The position numbers and the translations under genes were made by a program. Of a stretch of DNA of 64,000 nt, positions 1 to 8,471 are shown one piece after another. Position 1 is the first letter of the stretch. Each line of letters starts with the position of its first letter. Source of the stretch: Acidimicrobiia bacterium (lineage in GTDB: Bacteria > Actinomycetota > Acidimicrobiia > Acidimicrobiales > Bin134). The notes under the pieces were generated by a model. That model made no database searches and was not told where the DNA came from. It was given only the letters and a program-made list of their open reading frames with translations. The DNA is taken from positions 152,731-216,730 of the forward strand of contig JAJDYE010000016.1 in assembly GCA_022822905.1 (NCBI GenBank), given 5' to 3'.

Positions 1-615
1 TCCGGCAACGACTACGGGCAGGTCGAGTTGCACTGATCGGTGGGTTGCACCGACGACCGCCGCCAGTTCTTTGTCCTTCAGGTACTGAAGTTCGTCTATG
101 GCCAGCAGCAATCCAGAGTCGCATGTATCTGCCGCCTGTCCGACTGCCACGAGCAGATCAGTGAGATCCTCAGAAAAAACACCTGAGTCCGCTTGACCGG
201 CCAGCGGCTCGACACTCACAGCGACGGATGAGCCATCAACGAAGGTGTGGGTAAACGACACGAGTACCGAGAGAGCCCGTCTCACCGCTGAGAGCGCGCG
301 GCGAGCCGCGCCTTGCTCAAGCTCCAGTAGAATTCTCCTCAAACGGACGGCTAGCAGCTCGGGAAAACCTCCGCCTTCCGATGCTTCGATGAATCCAACC
401 TTCACTTCTTGTCGCTCCGCAATCTGCGAGAAGCGGTTCAGGAGCACCGTTTTGCCGACTCCCCGCAAACCCAGAAGCACGCAACTCTTTCCGGGCCGCC
501 TGTCCAGGGCTCTTCGCACGGTTATCTCAAAGTCGTCAATAAGATCGTCACGCCCCACAAGTGCAGGAGGTGCCGATCCTGCTCCCGGCCGGTAGGGATT
601 TTCGAAGCGATCCAT
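1..615 (-). CDS. AAA+/STAND-type ATP-binding protein, N-terminal ~205 codons (3' end runs off the window)
   Basis: Absent from the ORF track because no stop lies in the window. Hand translation of the reverse strand from ATG at 615 gives MDRFENPYRPGAGSAPPALVGRDDLIDDFEITVRRALDRRPGKSCVLLGLRGVGKTVLLNRF. Walker A is GLRGVGKT (about 448-471) and Walker B-like LLLAIDE lies at about 85-105. Confidence 0.7.
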   Translation of the reverse strand, partial: MDRFENPYRPGAGSAPPALVGRDDLIDDFEITVRRALDRRPGKSCVLLGLRGVGKTVLLNRFSQIAERQEVKVGFIEASEGGGFPELLAVRLRRILLELEQGAARRALSAVRRALSVLVSFTHTFVDGSSVAVSVEPLAGQADSGVFSEDLTDLLVAVGQAADTCDSGLLLAIDELQYLKDKELAAVVGATHRSVQLDLPVVVAG

Positions 616-822
616 TTCAATAGATCTTATCTAATATTATGGAGTTTATCAACAGCAGCTATAACATTGGAATACGTTCGTCGAACATTGACTGATCCCC
701 GTCCCCAACTGCTGAATGACAGGGAAGACGCGGCTGACGTCGAAGCCTGTTGAGATGACAAGGGCGCAAGGTCAGCACTGTGTAGCCTTCCTTTGGCCAA
801 TCTCATTCAGGGGAGGACCTAG

Positions 823-3819
823 TTGAGCACGGAGTCGCACATCACCTCGAGCATGGTCGGGCCGATGCTGCGCACTTTGAGCCCCCGCTGGTCAGGGAAC
901 AGTTTCCGCATCGAGCAGACACAAGTGCTGGACGGAAAGCCGTCTGACAGGCCTGACATCCTGGTTTGCCCAAAAGGCCATGCCCCCGTGATCGTCGAAG
1001 CGAAGTTCGACCAGAACACGGCCGCCTTGGAAGACCAGTGCAGAGAGAGGCTTGAAACAACGGTCGGCGGGCAGCCTGTCGAAACGGTCATAATGCTCAC
1101 TTATCCCTCAGGCTGGGCATCAGAGACCGACGATGCCATTTGGGCCGCGCTGCAAGAAGAAGGCGGCGGAAGTTTGGCATGGGCCATGCTCACCCATGCT
1201 GGCCGCTTCCCCGACGACGGGTGGATTCCGACCTCTCTACACGGACTTGCCGACATCATCGAGTTGAGCGGAGTGTCTGCCTCCCAAGTCCAAGCCGCGG
1301 CCGATGTGCTCGCTGAAACCATCAGAAAGGCCGGCAGCCGCATTGAAGACACAGGCCAGGCCACCGCTATTGCCGAACTGCTGAGACAGCACCACGATCC
1401 CGAAGCGACCACCGCCCAAGCATCCCGCATGGCCGCGATGCTCGTCGTCAACGCGTTTGTATTCCAAGACATTCTTGCCACGCAGAAAGGGAGCTCCCGC
1501 CTAAACATTCGGCCAGTTCAGGCGTTGCGAAGCGACCTGACGATCGGGCCCGACGGCGAGGAGAAGCTCTTGCCGACCGTCGAAGCGGTGTGCTTGCAGT
1601 GGGCGCAAATACTGAAAACCGACTGGAGGCCAATCTACGGCATTGCCAAACGCATAGTCGAGACGCTGCCGCCGCTGGAGGCGCCGCTCATCTTGGACGA
1701 AACGATTGGGGGTGCTCGAAGAATGCTGTCCGCCAATCTGGGAAGCGTGCAAGACATGGCGGGCCAGATGTTCGGCAAAATGGTTACCGACAGGGACTTG
1801 CTAAAGGCCCACTACACGCGGCCGGAAGCTGCTGCCTTGCTGTCCGAGATTGCGGTGAGGCAACTCGATCGCCAGCGGATTTGGGGCGATCCCGACACAG
1901 TCACCGCGATCCGGGTTGCCGATTTCGCCTGCGGAACAGGGATGCTGCTGTCGGCCGCGTATCGGCGCATCGCATCTAGAATGAGGCGAAACGGTCTCGA
2001 CGACGCTGACATTCACAGACAGATGATCGAGGAATGCATCATCGGCTTGGACGTTCTACCGTCAGCAGCGCACCTCACTGCTATGGCAGTTTCAGCCGCC
2101 CACCCTGACCAGATTTACACCAAGTCCAACATTCACCTTGTGCCGTTCCGAGTCGAAACGAACACCAAGGGAAAGCAGGTGGCGAAAATTGGCTCCCTGG
2201 AACTGCTGGACACCGATGTAAAGGGCACCGCGTCCCTATTCGGTAGGCAATCAGATCAACAGGTCGCAGGAACACCGGACGGCGCTGAGGGCGGCGACTT
2301 CCTGGCCGTCATCGAAAGCGGATCCTGCGACCTGGTGATAATGAACCCTCCTTATGGTCGGGCGACGAAACACAGCCGAGCGTCAGCCACGCACGCTGGC
2401 CGGACAGTAGAACTAATACCGCCGTTCGCAGCGTTCGGAGCATCACCCGAAGACCAAAGAGCCATGGCTGACCGGCTGAACAAAATCGTAAAGCGCTCAC
2501 GGGGTGCTGCCCATGGGAACGCTGGGATGGGTTCCTATTTCTTCGACCTCGCACACGCGAAGGTGAAGCCTGGCGGCGTGGTGGCACTGGTGCTGCCCCT
2601 CACCTCTGCTACCGGCAAGGACTGGAGTGGGCTCAGAAGCCTCCTTGCATCCCATTACGACGACATCGTGTTCGTTGGATTAGCAGGAGCCACCGATGAT
2701 GAACGCCAATTCTCAGCCGACACTGGCATAGCCGAAACCCTGCTGATAGCAACAAGACGGCATCAGGCACGTGGGACAGACGACGAGCCCGCAAAAGTGA
2801 GGTGGGCGAGCCTAGATACGAGACCACCTTCTGAACCAGAAGCGGTGATCGCAGCCAGGATCGTCTCCGAAGATCGTCCTGAGAGCGCTTTCGCATCATT
2901 ACGCCTAGGTTCAACGGAGATCGGGCGTGTTCTCGTGGCTGGGATCGAAGATGGTGGACTGCTCGCTGTGAAGTCTCAGACGGTAGCCGAAGCGTGCGCG
3001 GGCATCACCGTCGGGGAATTGCGGCTTCAACGCTTCGCGCCAGCGAGCTTGCCGATTATCCCTTTGGGCGACGTAGGGAAAAGGGGGCCATACCACCTCG
3101 ACATTGCCGCCCGCCGAGACTCACAGGGATCGAAGAGCGACCGCGCCCCGTTCTTCATCGACGAACCAGGACCGCCAGGCAGCGATCCGTTCCCGATGCT
3201 CTGGGAGCACGACGCAGTTAGCGGGCGAGAATCGTCAATAGAAACACATCCAGACACAGCAGGGAGCATCAGAAAGGGGAAGAACGAGGCGGCTCGCCAA
3301 CTATTCAAGAAATGGTCTGTGCATCTCCACATCAACCAAGACTTTGACTTCGGGTCGCAGATGCTCGCCGCTGCTGTCACCCCGATGAAGGCTCTCGGTG
3401 GCAGAGCGTGGCCCGGTTTCAAACCGTCGAACGCTGCGCATACCGAGTTTCTTGCCCTGTGGATGAACACCACGCTCGGCCTCTTTGCCTTCTGGAGCAC
3501 TGGCAGCCGCCAGCAGAAACGGAGGTCGATACACACGGTAACCAGCCTCCCACAGCTACCTGTGTACGACCCGCGGTCACTTAGCACAGCCCAGGCCGAA
3601 AAGGCCGCCACCTTGTTCGACGAGATGAAGTCATGGAAGTTATTGCCAGCGAACCAGGCCGACATCGACGAGAACCGGGTACGCCTGGACCGTGAGGTTT
3701 TCTGCGGACTACTCGGCTTGCCGCTCCTATGCAATGCGACCGACGACGAGTTCATGGAAGCGCTGGCCGTGTTGAGAACCGCATGGTGCGCTGAACCGCA
3801 CATCGCCAGACGGGCCTAG
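823..3819 (+). CDS. Single-chain restriction-modification-like enzyme: N-terminal PD-(D/E)xK nuclease motif fused to gamma-class N6-adenine DNA methyltransferase (Type IIG/IIL-like)
   Basis: 998-aa ORF. The nuclease motif is PDILVCPKGHAPVIVEAKF (D45...E59-x-K61). SAM motif I is DFACGTGMLL (nt 1921-1950) and catalytic motif IV is NPPY in VIMNPPYGRA (nt 2344-2355). TTG start at 823 follows GGGAGGA (811-817). The ~450-aa C-terminal region is unassigned and may be a target-recognition domain. Confidence 0.75.
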   Translation: MSTESHITSSMVGPMLRTLSPRWSGNSFRIEQTQVLDGKPSDRPDILVCPKGHAPVIVEAKFDQNTAALEDQCRERLETTVGGQPVETVIMLTYPSGWASETDDAIWAALQEEGGGSLAWAMLTHAGRFPDDGWIPTSLHGLADIIELSGVSASQVQAAADVLAETIRKAGSRIEDTGQATAIAELLRQHHDPEATTAQASRMAAMLVVNAFVFQDILATQKGSSRLNIRPVQALRSDLTIGPDGEEKLLPTVEAVCLQWAQILKTDWRPIYGIAKRIVETLPPLEAPLILDETIGGARRMLSANLGSVQDMAGQMFGKMVTDRDLLKAHYTRPEAAALLSEIAVRQLDRQRIWGDPDTVTAIRVADFACGTGMLLSAAYRRIASRMRRNGLDDADIHRQMIEECIIGLDVLPSAAHLTAMAVSAAHPDQIYTKSNIHLVPFRVETNTKGKQVAKIGSLELLDTDVKGTASLFGRQSDQQVAGTPDGAEGGDFLAVIESGSCDLVIMNPPYGRATKHSRASATHAGRTVELIPPFAAFGASPEDQRAMADRLNKIVKRSRGAAHGNAGMGSYFFDLAHAKVKPGGVVALVLPLTSATGKDWSGLRSLLASHYDDIVFVGLAGATDDERQFSADTGIAETLLIATRRHQARGTDDEPAKVRWASLDTRPPSEPEAVIAARIVSEDRPESAFASLRLGSTEIGRVLVAGIEDGGLLAVKSQTVAEACAGITVGELRLQRFAPASLPIIPLGDVGKRGPYHLDIAARRDSQGSKSDRAPFFIDEPGPPGSDPFPMLWEHDAVSGRESSIETHPDTAGSIRKGKNEAARQLFKKWSVHLHINQDFDFGSQMLAAAVTPMKALGGRAWPGFKPSNAAHTEFLALWMNTTLGLFAFWSTGSRQQKRRSIHTVTSLPQLPVYDPRSLSTAQAEKAATLFDEMKSWKLLPANQADIDENRVRLDREVFCGLLGLPLLCNATDDEFMEALAVLRTAWCAEPHIARRA

Positions 3820-3932
3820 CTGCAACCACCGCTCTCCACGAACCATCCGATTCTCCTCGTCAATTCACCCTTTCCATCTCTCGGGTAACATTCACCGCTT
3901 TCCCCGTCGACACTGCTAGCGTTTCCTCTCCC

Positions 3933-5042
3933 ATGGCTGCTCCTCGCGACACGATATGGACGCTCGAACCGCACACTGCGGCAAAACATGACCTTCTCAG
4001 GCACTATCTGAAGGCTTGGTATCCGATTCTCGCACGACATTCAGGACGTGTCATTTTCCTGGACGGTTTCGCTGGACCAGGGATCTACAAAGGCGGTCAA
4101 TCTGGCTCACCAATAATCGCCATCAATACTCTTCTCGAACACAGCTATTTTCCAAATCTAAATGAATGCGAGTTTGTTTTCTTGTTTATCGAAAACAATA
4201 GCGAGAGACTAGGCCGTCTGGAGACCGAGCTACGTGGCCTGTACCCCCTACCATCCAATATCAATGTTGAGACAATCGAGGGAGAATTCCAAGATGTAAT
4301 TGAGGAAATAGTGGGAAAACTGGCAGAAGAAGAAGCGAGACTAGCTCCAACACTTGCATTCATTGACCCATTTGGCTTTTCCGGAGTTCCGATGGATACT
4401 ATTCGGCGATTTCTAAGCGCACCAAAGTGTGAATTGATAATGATCCTAATGGTAGATCATCTCAACCGATTCAAGTCACATAGCCCAGTGAAGATGCGGT
4501 TTGAAACTCTTTATGGAACTGTCAATTTTGACGGTGTGGAAGCTGCTGATGATGCTGTACCTGTGTTAGTTGAGAAATATAAGAGTCAACTGAAGAGAGT
4601 CGCTGGATTTTCGTTTGCATTAGACTTTCAAATGGTACGATCTGACGGTCACGATGCCTATTTCATAATTTACGCCACAAGGAACATCACTGGGGTCAGA
4701 AAATTCAAAGACGCAATGTGGACAGTCGATCCTGCAGGTGGTCAGCAATTCTCAGATATGCACTGGAACCAAGTGCCTCTGTTTACGGGGTCTAATGTAG
4801 ATACAACTTTGCTCCAACAAGAACTTAGCAAGGAATTTTCGGGGAAGACTGTGGGTATCGAAGAAATTGAAGAGTATGTTCTGCTCAAAACACCTTACAA
4901 AGAATCCCATATAAGGCGCATGACTTTGGTACCCTTGGAGACTGCAGGAAGAATAGTAGTAGTTGAATCTACCAAAAACCGCAGAATTAGCACTTTTCCC
5001 CCGGGAACGAAAATACTCTTTCAGCCCACTTTAGGCATCTGA
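3933..5042 (+). CDS. Three-Cys-motif partner protein TcmP family (TIGR04474-like; RlmJ-like methyltransferase-fold N-terminus)
   Basis: 369-aa ORF. N-terminus is WTLEPHTAAKHDLLRHYLKAWYPILARHSGRVIFLDGFAGPGIYKGGQSGSPIIA, followed by AFIDPFGF. It lies next to a DUF5131 gene and has markedly low G+C. Confidence 0.7.
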   Translation: MAAPRDTIWTLEPHTAAKHDLLRHYLKAWYPILARHSGRVIFLDGFAGPGIYKGGQSGSPIIAINTLLEHSYFPNLNECEFVFLFIENNSERLGRLETELRGLYPLPSNINVETIEGEFQDVIEEIVGKLAEEEARLAPTLAFIDPFGFSGVPMDTIRRFLSAPKCELIMILMVDHLNRFKSHSPVKMRFETLYGTVNFDGVEAADDAVPVLVEKYKSQLKRVAGFSFALDFQMVRSDGHDAYFIIYATRNITGVRKFKDAMWTVDPAGGQQFSDMHWNQVPLFTGSNVDTTLLQQELSKEFSGKTVGIEEIEEYVLLKTPYKESHIRRMTLVPLETAGRIVVVESTKNRRISTFPPGTKILFQPTLGI

Positions 5043-5875
5043 TCCCAAGTTCTTCCCTCAAGCTCGCGACCTGCCTCACTCTTACTGACTCTACGCATTA
5101 GGATAGGAGATCCAGGGATAGGGGTAGAGTCTGGTTCGGCGACAAACGTCCCATCATTCACCACTAGGACCGCATTATCATCGTCCCTCGGAGTCCATGC
5201 TCCCCATTGCTTGAAGAAGAATGCTGTATCGGACTCTAGGCATCTATCCCGAAGGTCAAACACCCATGAAGGATGCATAGGGCGGGCGTTCGCTCCCGAT
5301 TCACCTCCAGCTATGACCCAATCTATGGCATCAAGACTAAGTGAAGGCAACTCTCCCAAAAGAGGCTCAGCGGATACGAAGCGAATGACTGACGGCACTT
5401 CACTCAAGTGATCGACTCGAAAGCAATAGCGATCTGTCTCCACACTCACACCCATCCAAATATTCTCAGGCCAAGGAAGGCGTGTTGCAAGCTTGACAAG
5501 ACGTTGCGAACGTTTGGTGAGTACCTGATACGTATGTCGAGGAGTGTCAGCCATAACCTGAAATACATCTTCAATAAACTGATCAGGAACTTCAGGATGG
5601 AATAGATCACTCATGGAGTTCACGAAAATCACCCGTGGAGATTTCCAGCGATATGGAAGAGCTAGCTCATCCTTGTGAAGCGTCAAGGCAAATCCGGGAC
5701 CGCTGGTTCGTGGGTCTCCATCGTCTTGATATTTCGGATTGCCCATAGCCTTGAGCCGCTTGGCGAGGGTAAGCGCGTAGCAGTTGTCGCAGCCAGGCGA
5801 TACCTGGTCGCATCCCGTTGTGGGATTCCAAGTAGCCTCGGTCCACTCGATCGTTGACCGGTCGCTCACAGGCAC
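5021..5875 (-). CDS. Phage Gp37/Gp68 family protein (DUF5131, PF07505), three-Cys motif protein
   Basis: 284-aa ORF. N-terminus is STIEWTEATWNPTTGCDQVSPGCDNCYA (Cx6CxxC, nt about 5780-5812). GTG start at 5875 follows GAGGAAG. The 3' end overlaps TcmP by 22 nt in convergent orientation. Confidence 0.75.
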   Translation of the reverse strand: MPVSDRSTIEWTEATWNPTTGCDQVSPGCDNCYALTLAKRLKAMGNPKYQDDGDPRTSGPGFALTLHKDELALPYRWKSPRVIFVNSMSDLFHPEVPDQFIEDVFQVMADTPRHTYQVLTKRSQRLVKLATRLPWPENIWMGVSVETDRYCFRVDHLSEVPSVIRFVSAEPLLGELPSLSLDAIDWVIAGGESGANARPMHPSWVFDLRDRCLESDTAFFFKQWGAWTPRDDDNAVLVVNDGTFVAEPDSTPIPGSPILMRRVSKSEAGRELEGRTWDQMPKVG

Positions 5876-6038
5876 CTTCCTCGTTCAGCGCAGATTTGGC
5901 GGGATACAGCATAGAGAAGGAGAGCGACAGTTGACCTGTTGGATGAATGGTCAAGGATCCTGAAGAAGGAACAGGTGCAGCAGCGACGGCTAGTTTTCGT
6001 CAGGGGTGGACACCAGATGTTCACGGTGGTTTACAGAC

Positions 6039-7193
6039 TTAGGTAGACGTTTCCACGTGGGCTTTGATGCCGTTTACTACTGCCTGCATGTTGGTTCGGT
6101 GGACTTTGAGGCGGTTGGCGATGATTCGGGGCTCTTTTTCGGGGTTCTGCTCGATGAACATGTTCAGGCCGGAGGGGCCGGGGCCGAGGATGAGGCGGTA
6201 GATGAGGCGGGTGCCTCCGCCCATGAGGGGCTGGAGTTCGAAGCGCCACCTTGCGCCGGGGTTGTCGGGGTCGGAAGTACACCAGCCGAAAGCCACCGGC
6301 TCCTGGCACACGTCTACGAAGCAGGGGACCTCCCAGTCGCCCATCACTTCTAGGTGGTTGCGGCCGGTGAATGTGGCGCCCAGCGAGGGGCCGTCGAAAC
6401 CGTCGTCCCAGGTGGCGCCGGTGAACTCGTCGGAGAACTGGGCGGGGAGGTCGATGTCGGTGACCGCGGCCCACACCTCGTCGATCCCAGCGGCGATGTC
6501 GGTTTCCACCATCGTGCCGGGGCCGTCGGCCATCTTCACGGGGGTTCCCGGACCGGACTCGTAGGTGCGGCCGTAGCCGTCGAAGAAAGTGATGTTTCGG
6601 GCTGGATCGCGGCGGGCGGGACGGAAATCGGTGCCCTTGGTCCACGCCACCGGGAACATGGCGATCTCTGTGATCTCCTCGGGGATGCCGAGCAGCTCCT
6701 TCAACTCGGGTGCCTTGGCCAACACGGCGGTGGTCCAGGCGGTACCCAGTCCCCGGGCTCGCAGGGCCACACAGAAGCTCCACCCGCTCTGGATCACCGA
6801 GTCGAACAGGCCGGGAGCGCCACTGCCGTCGTGGCGGCCCATGATGGTGGGTATGACGATCACCGGCACTTCGGCCAAGTGCTCCACCAAGTAGGCCGAC
6901 GAGCTCACTGTCCGAGCCCGGGGGTGGTCGGTGCCCTCCAAGCGGTCGCTGGCCTCCAGCATGAAACCGCCCACTACTTCGCGGTACAGCCGGGCCAGCT
7001 CCTGTTTGATCTCAGGGTCGCGCACCACGATCCACCGCCGGCTGGTTTGGTTGCCCCCGGTGGGTGCCTGCTCGGCGATGTCGATGCAGTCGAGGATGAT
7101 CTGATCATCCACCGGCCGCTCTAGATCCAGCCGCTTCCGCACCGCCCTCGTTGTGGTCAGCGCCAGGTCCACCGCTTCAGTGTCGATGCTCAT
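6039..7193 (-). CDS. Nitroreductase family protein fused to a C-terminal SRPBCC (polyketide cyclase/START-like) domain
   Basis: 384 aa. The N-terminal half reads RAVRKRLDLERPVDDQIILDCIDIAEQAPTGGNQTSRRWIVV, typical of nitroreductases. The C-terminal ~150 aa (ETDIAAGIDEVWAAVTDIDLPAQFSDEF...) is SRPBCC-like. The ATG overlaps the stop of the upstream gene by 4 nt. Confidence 0.65.
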   Translation of the reverse strand: MSIDTEAVDLALTTTRAVRKRLDLERPVDDQIILDCIDIAEQAPTGGNQTSRRWIVVRDPEIKQELARLYREVVGGFMLEASDRLEGTDHPRARTVSSSAYLVEHLAEVPVIVIPTIMGRHDGSGAPGLFDSVIQSGWSFCVALRARGLGTAWTTAVLAKAPELKELLGIPEEITEIAMFPVAWTKGTDFRPARRDPARNITFFDGYGRTYESGPGTPVKMADGPGTMVETDIAAGIDEVWAAVTDIDLPAQFSDEFTGATWDDGFDGPSLGATFTGRNHLEVMGDWEVPCFVDVCQEPVAFGWCTSDPDNPGARWRFELQPLMGGGTRLIYRLILGPGPSGLNMFIEQNPEKEPRIIANRLKVHRTNMQAVVNGIKAHVETST

Positions 7194-8452
7194 GTCTTGC
7201 TCGCGTCATTGTAGATGCCGCGGGACATCAGGGATTGCTCTTGGTCTCTCCGCTTCTGGTACACCGCGGCCCGCTGCTCGAACACGCCAGGGGCGTCGGG
7301 CGCGGCTTGGGCGGCCCATTCAGCGAGATGGCAGGCAAGCCGCAAATCGCCAGCTTCGGAGAGCTCGATGGCCCGGCTTGCCAGTTCGGAAGCCCCTCCG
7401 GCCAGCCGGGCGACTTCCGCAGCCACCGCCTGATCCGGGGCGGGCTTGAGGCGGGCGGGGTTGCCGTCGTACCAGCCGCCGTAGAGGCGCCAGATGTTGC
7501 GAACCACGAACTCGGGCTCGTCGTAGCCGGCTCGCAGGTAGGGCTTGGCCATCAGGTCGTCGGGAACCCGCACCTGGTGGATGATGTCGTTAAGGCGGGC
7601 CCCGGCGTTCATCATCTCCAGCGTGTCGGCTACTAATCCCTCCAGCGCGGTGGCCACATCGTCGAGCACCATGGCGATGCGCTCCTCCCCTTCGATGGGC
7701 AGGCCGTGGGCCGGCAGCAACAGCGCAGGGCGCAGGTCGATTATCCGGCGAAGGGCCGCGGCCCACTCGGCGGGATACCGCTGCACCTTCTGGGGATTGC
7801 CCGCGTTGGGGAAGTACCAGATGAACAGATCGCCGGCGAACAGCGCCCGCTGGTGGGGCAGCCACACCAAGGTGTGGTCGTCGGTCTCCCCCTCGGCATG
7901 GAAAAGCCGCAGCGACGTACCACCCACCTCCAACTCCAGCTCGGCGGCATAGTCAGTGGTGGGGCGCACCCAGTCGTCGGCGAACATGTCCATCACGCCG
8001 CTTCGCCCGAACTGGCGGCGATTTATGAGCCGGTTGTAGTCCTGGGTGAGGGTGTAGCGGTCGAACCGGCGATCCACAGCCTCGTGGGCCACCACCTGGG
8101 GGGCGGCCCTCCCCTGCTGTTGGGCGTCTTCGACGAAGGCGGGGGCTCCGCCGACGTGATCCATGTGGCCGTGGGTGTAGACGATGGTATGCACCGGCAT
8201 ACCCTTCCACCGGCGGAGGTGGTCTAGCGCGATGGGGGCGAACGCCGGAAGCGAGGTATCGATGGCCACCAACCCCTCTTCGGTGGCCACCGACCACACA
8301 TGTGAGAAAGCGCACACTATGGATACGTCGTCGGCAATCTCGTGGAACGATCCGTCCATAGGGTGGATCGCCTGCTGCCCTTCATCAACGCCCTCGTCGA
8401 TGATTCGGGCCGACCGTTCCAGCAGCGTCATACCGCCCTGCACCCTATCCAA
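7190..8452 (-). CDS. MBL-fold metallo-hydrolase (alkyl/aryl-sulfatase-like, with C-terminal dimerisation-type extension)
   Basis: 420 aa with the HxHxDH motif TIVYTHGHMDHVGG. Overall layout resembles alkyl sulfatase family proteins. Confidence 0.6.
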   Translation of the reverse strand: MDRVQGGMTLLERSARIIDEGVDEGQQAIHPMDGSFHEIADDVSIVCAFSHVWSVATEEGLVAIDTSLPAFAPIALDHLRRWKGMPVHTIVYTHGHMDHVGGAPAFVEDAQQQGRAAPQVVAHEAVDRRFDRYTLTQDYNRLINRRQFGRSGVMDMFADDWVRPTTDYAAELELEVGGTSLRLFHAEGETDDHTLVWLPHQRALFAGDLFIWYFPNAGNPQKVQRYPAEWAAALRRIIDLRPALLLPAHGLPIEGEERIAMVLDDVATALEGLVADTLEMMNAGARLNDIIHQVRVPDDLMAKPYLRAGYDEPEFVVRNIWRLYGGWYDGNPARLKPAPDQAVAAEVARLAGGASELASRAIELSEAGDLRLACHLAEWAAQAAPDAPGVFEQRAAVYQKRRDQEQSLMSRGIYNDASKT

Positions 8453-8471
8453 TCCCCTGTAAACCAGCCCT

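Noticed and set aside
823-3819. BREX PglX or Type I HsdM assignment for the 998-aa methyltransferase
   Set aside because: No PglZ/BrxC/BrxL-like or HsdS/HsdR genes are in the window, and an N-terminal PD-ExK motif is not a PglX or HsdM feature. Genes upstream of position 1 cannot be excluded.
3933-5875. Prophage, because DUF5131 is named after phage Gp37/Gp68
   Set aside because: No capsid, tail, terminase, integrase or lysis genes, and no tRNA, lie anywhere near. The neighbours are restriction-type and ATPase genes, so a defence or modification island is the better reading.
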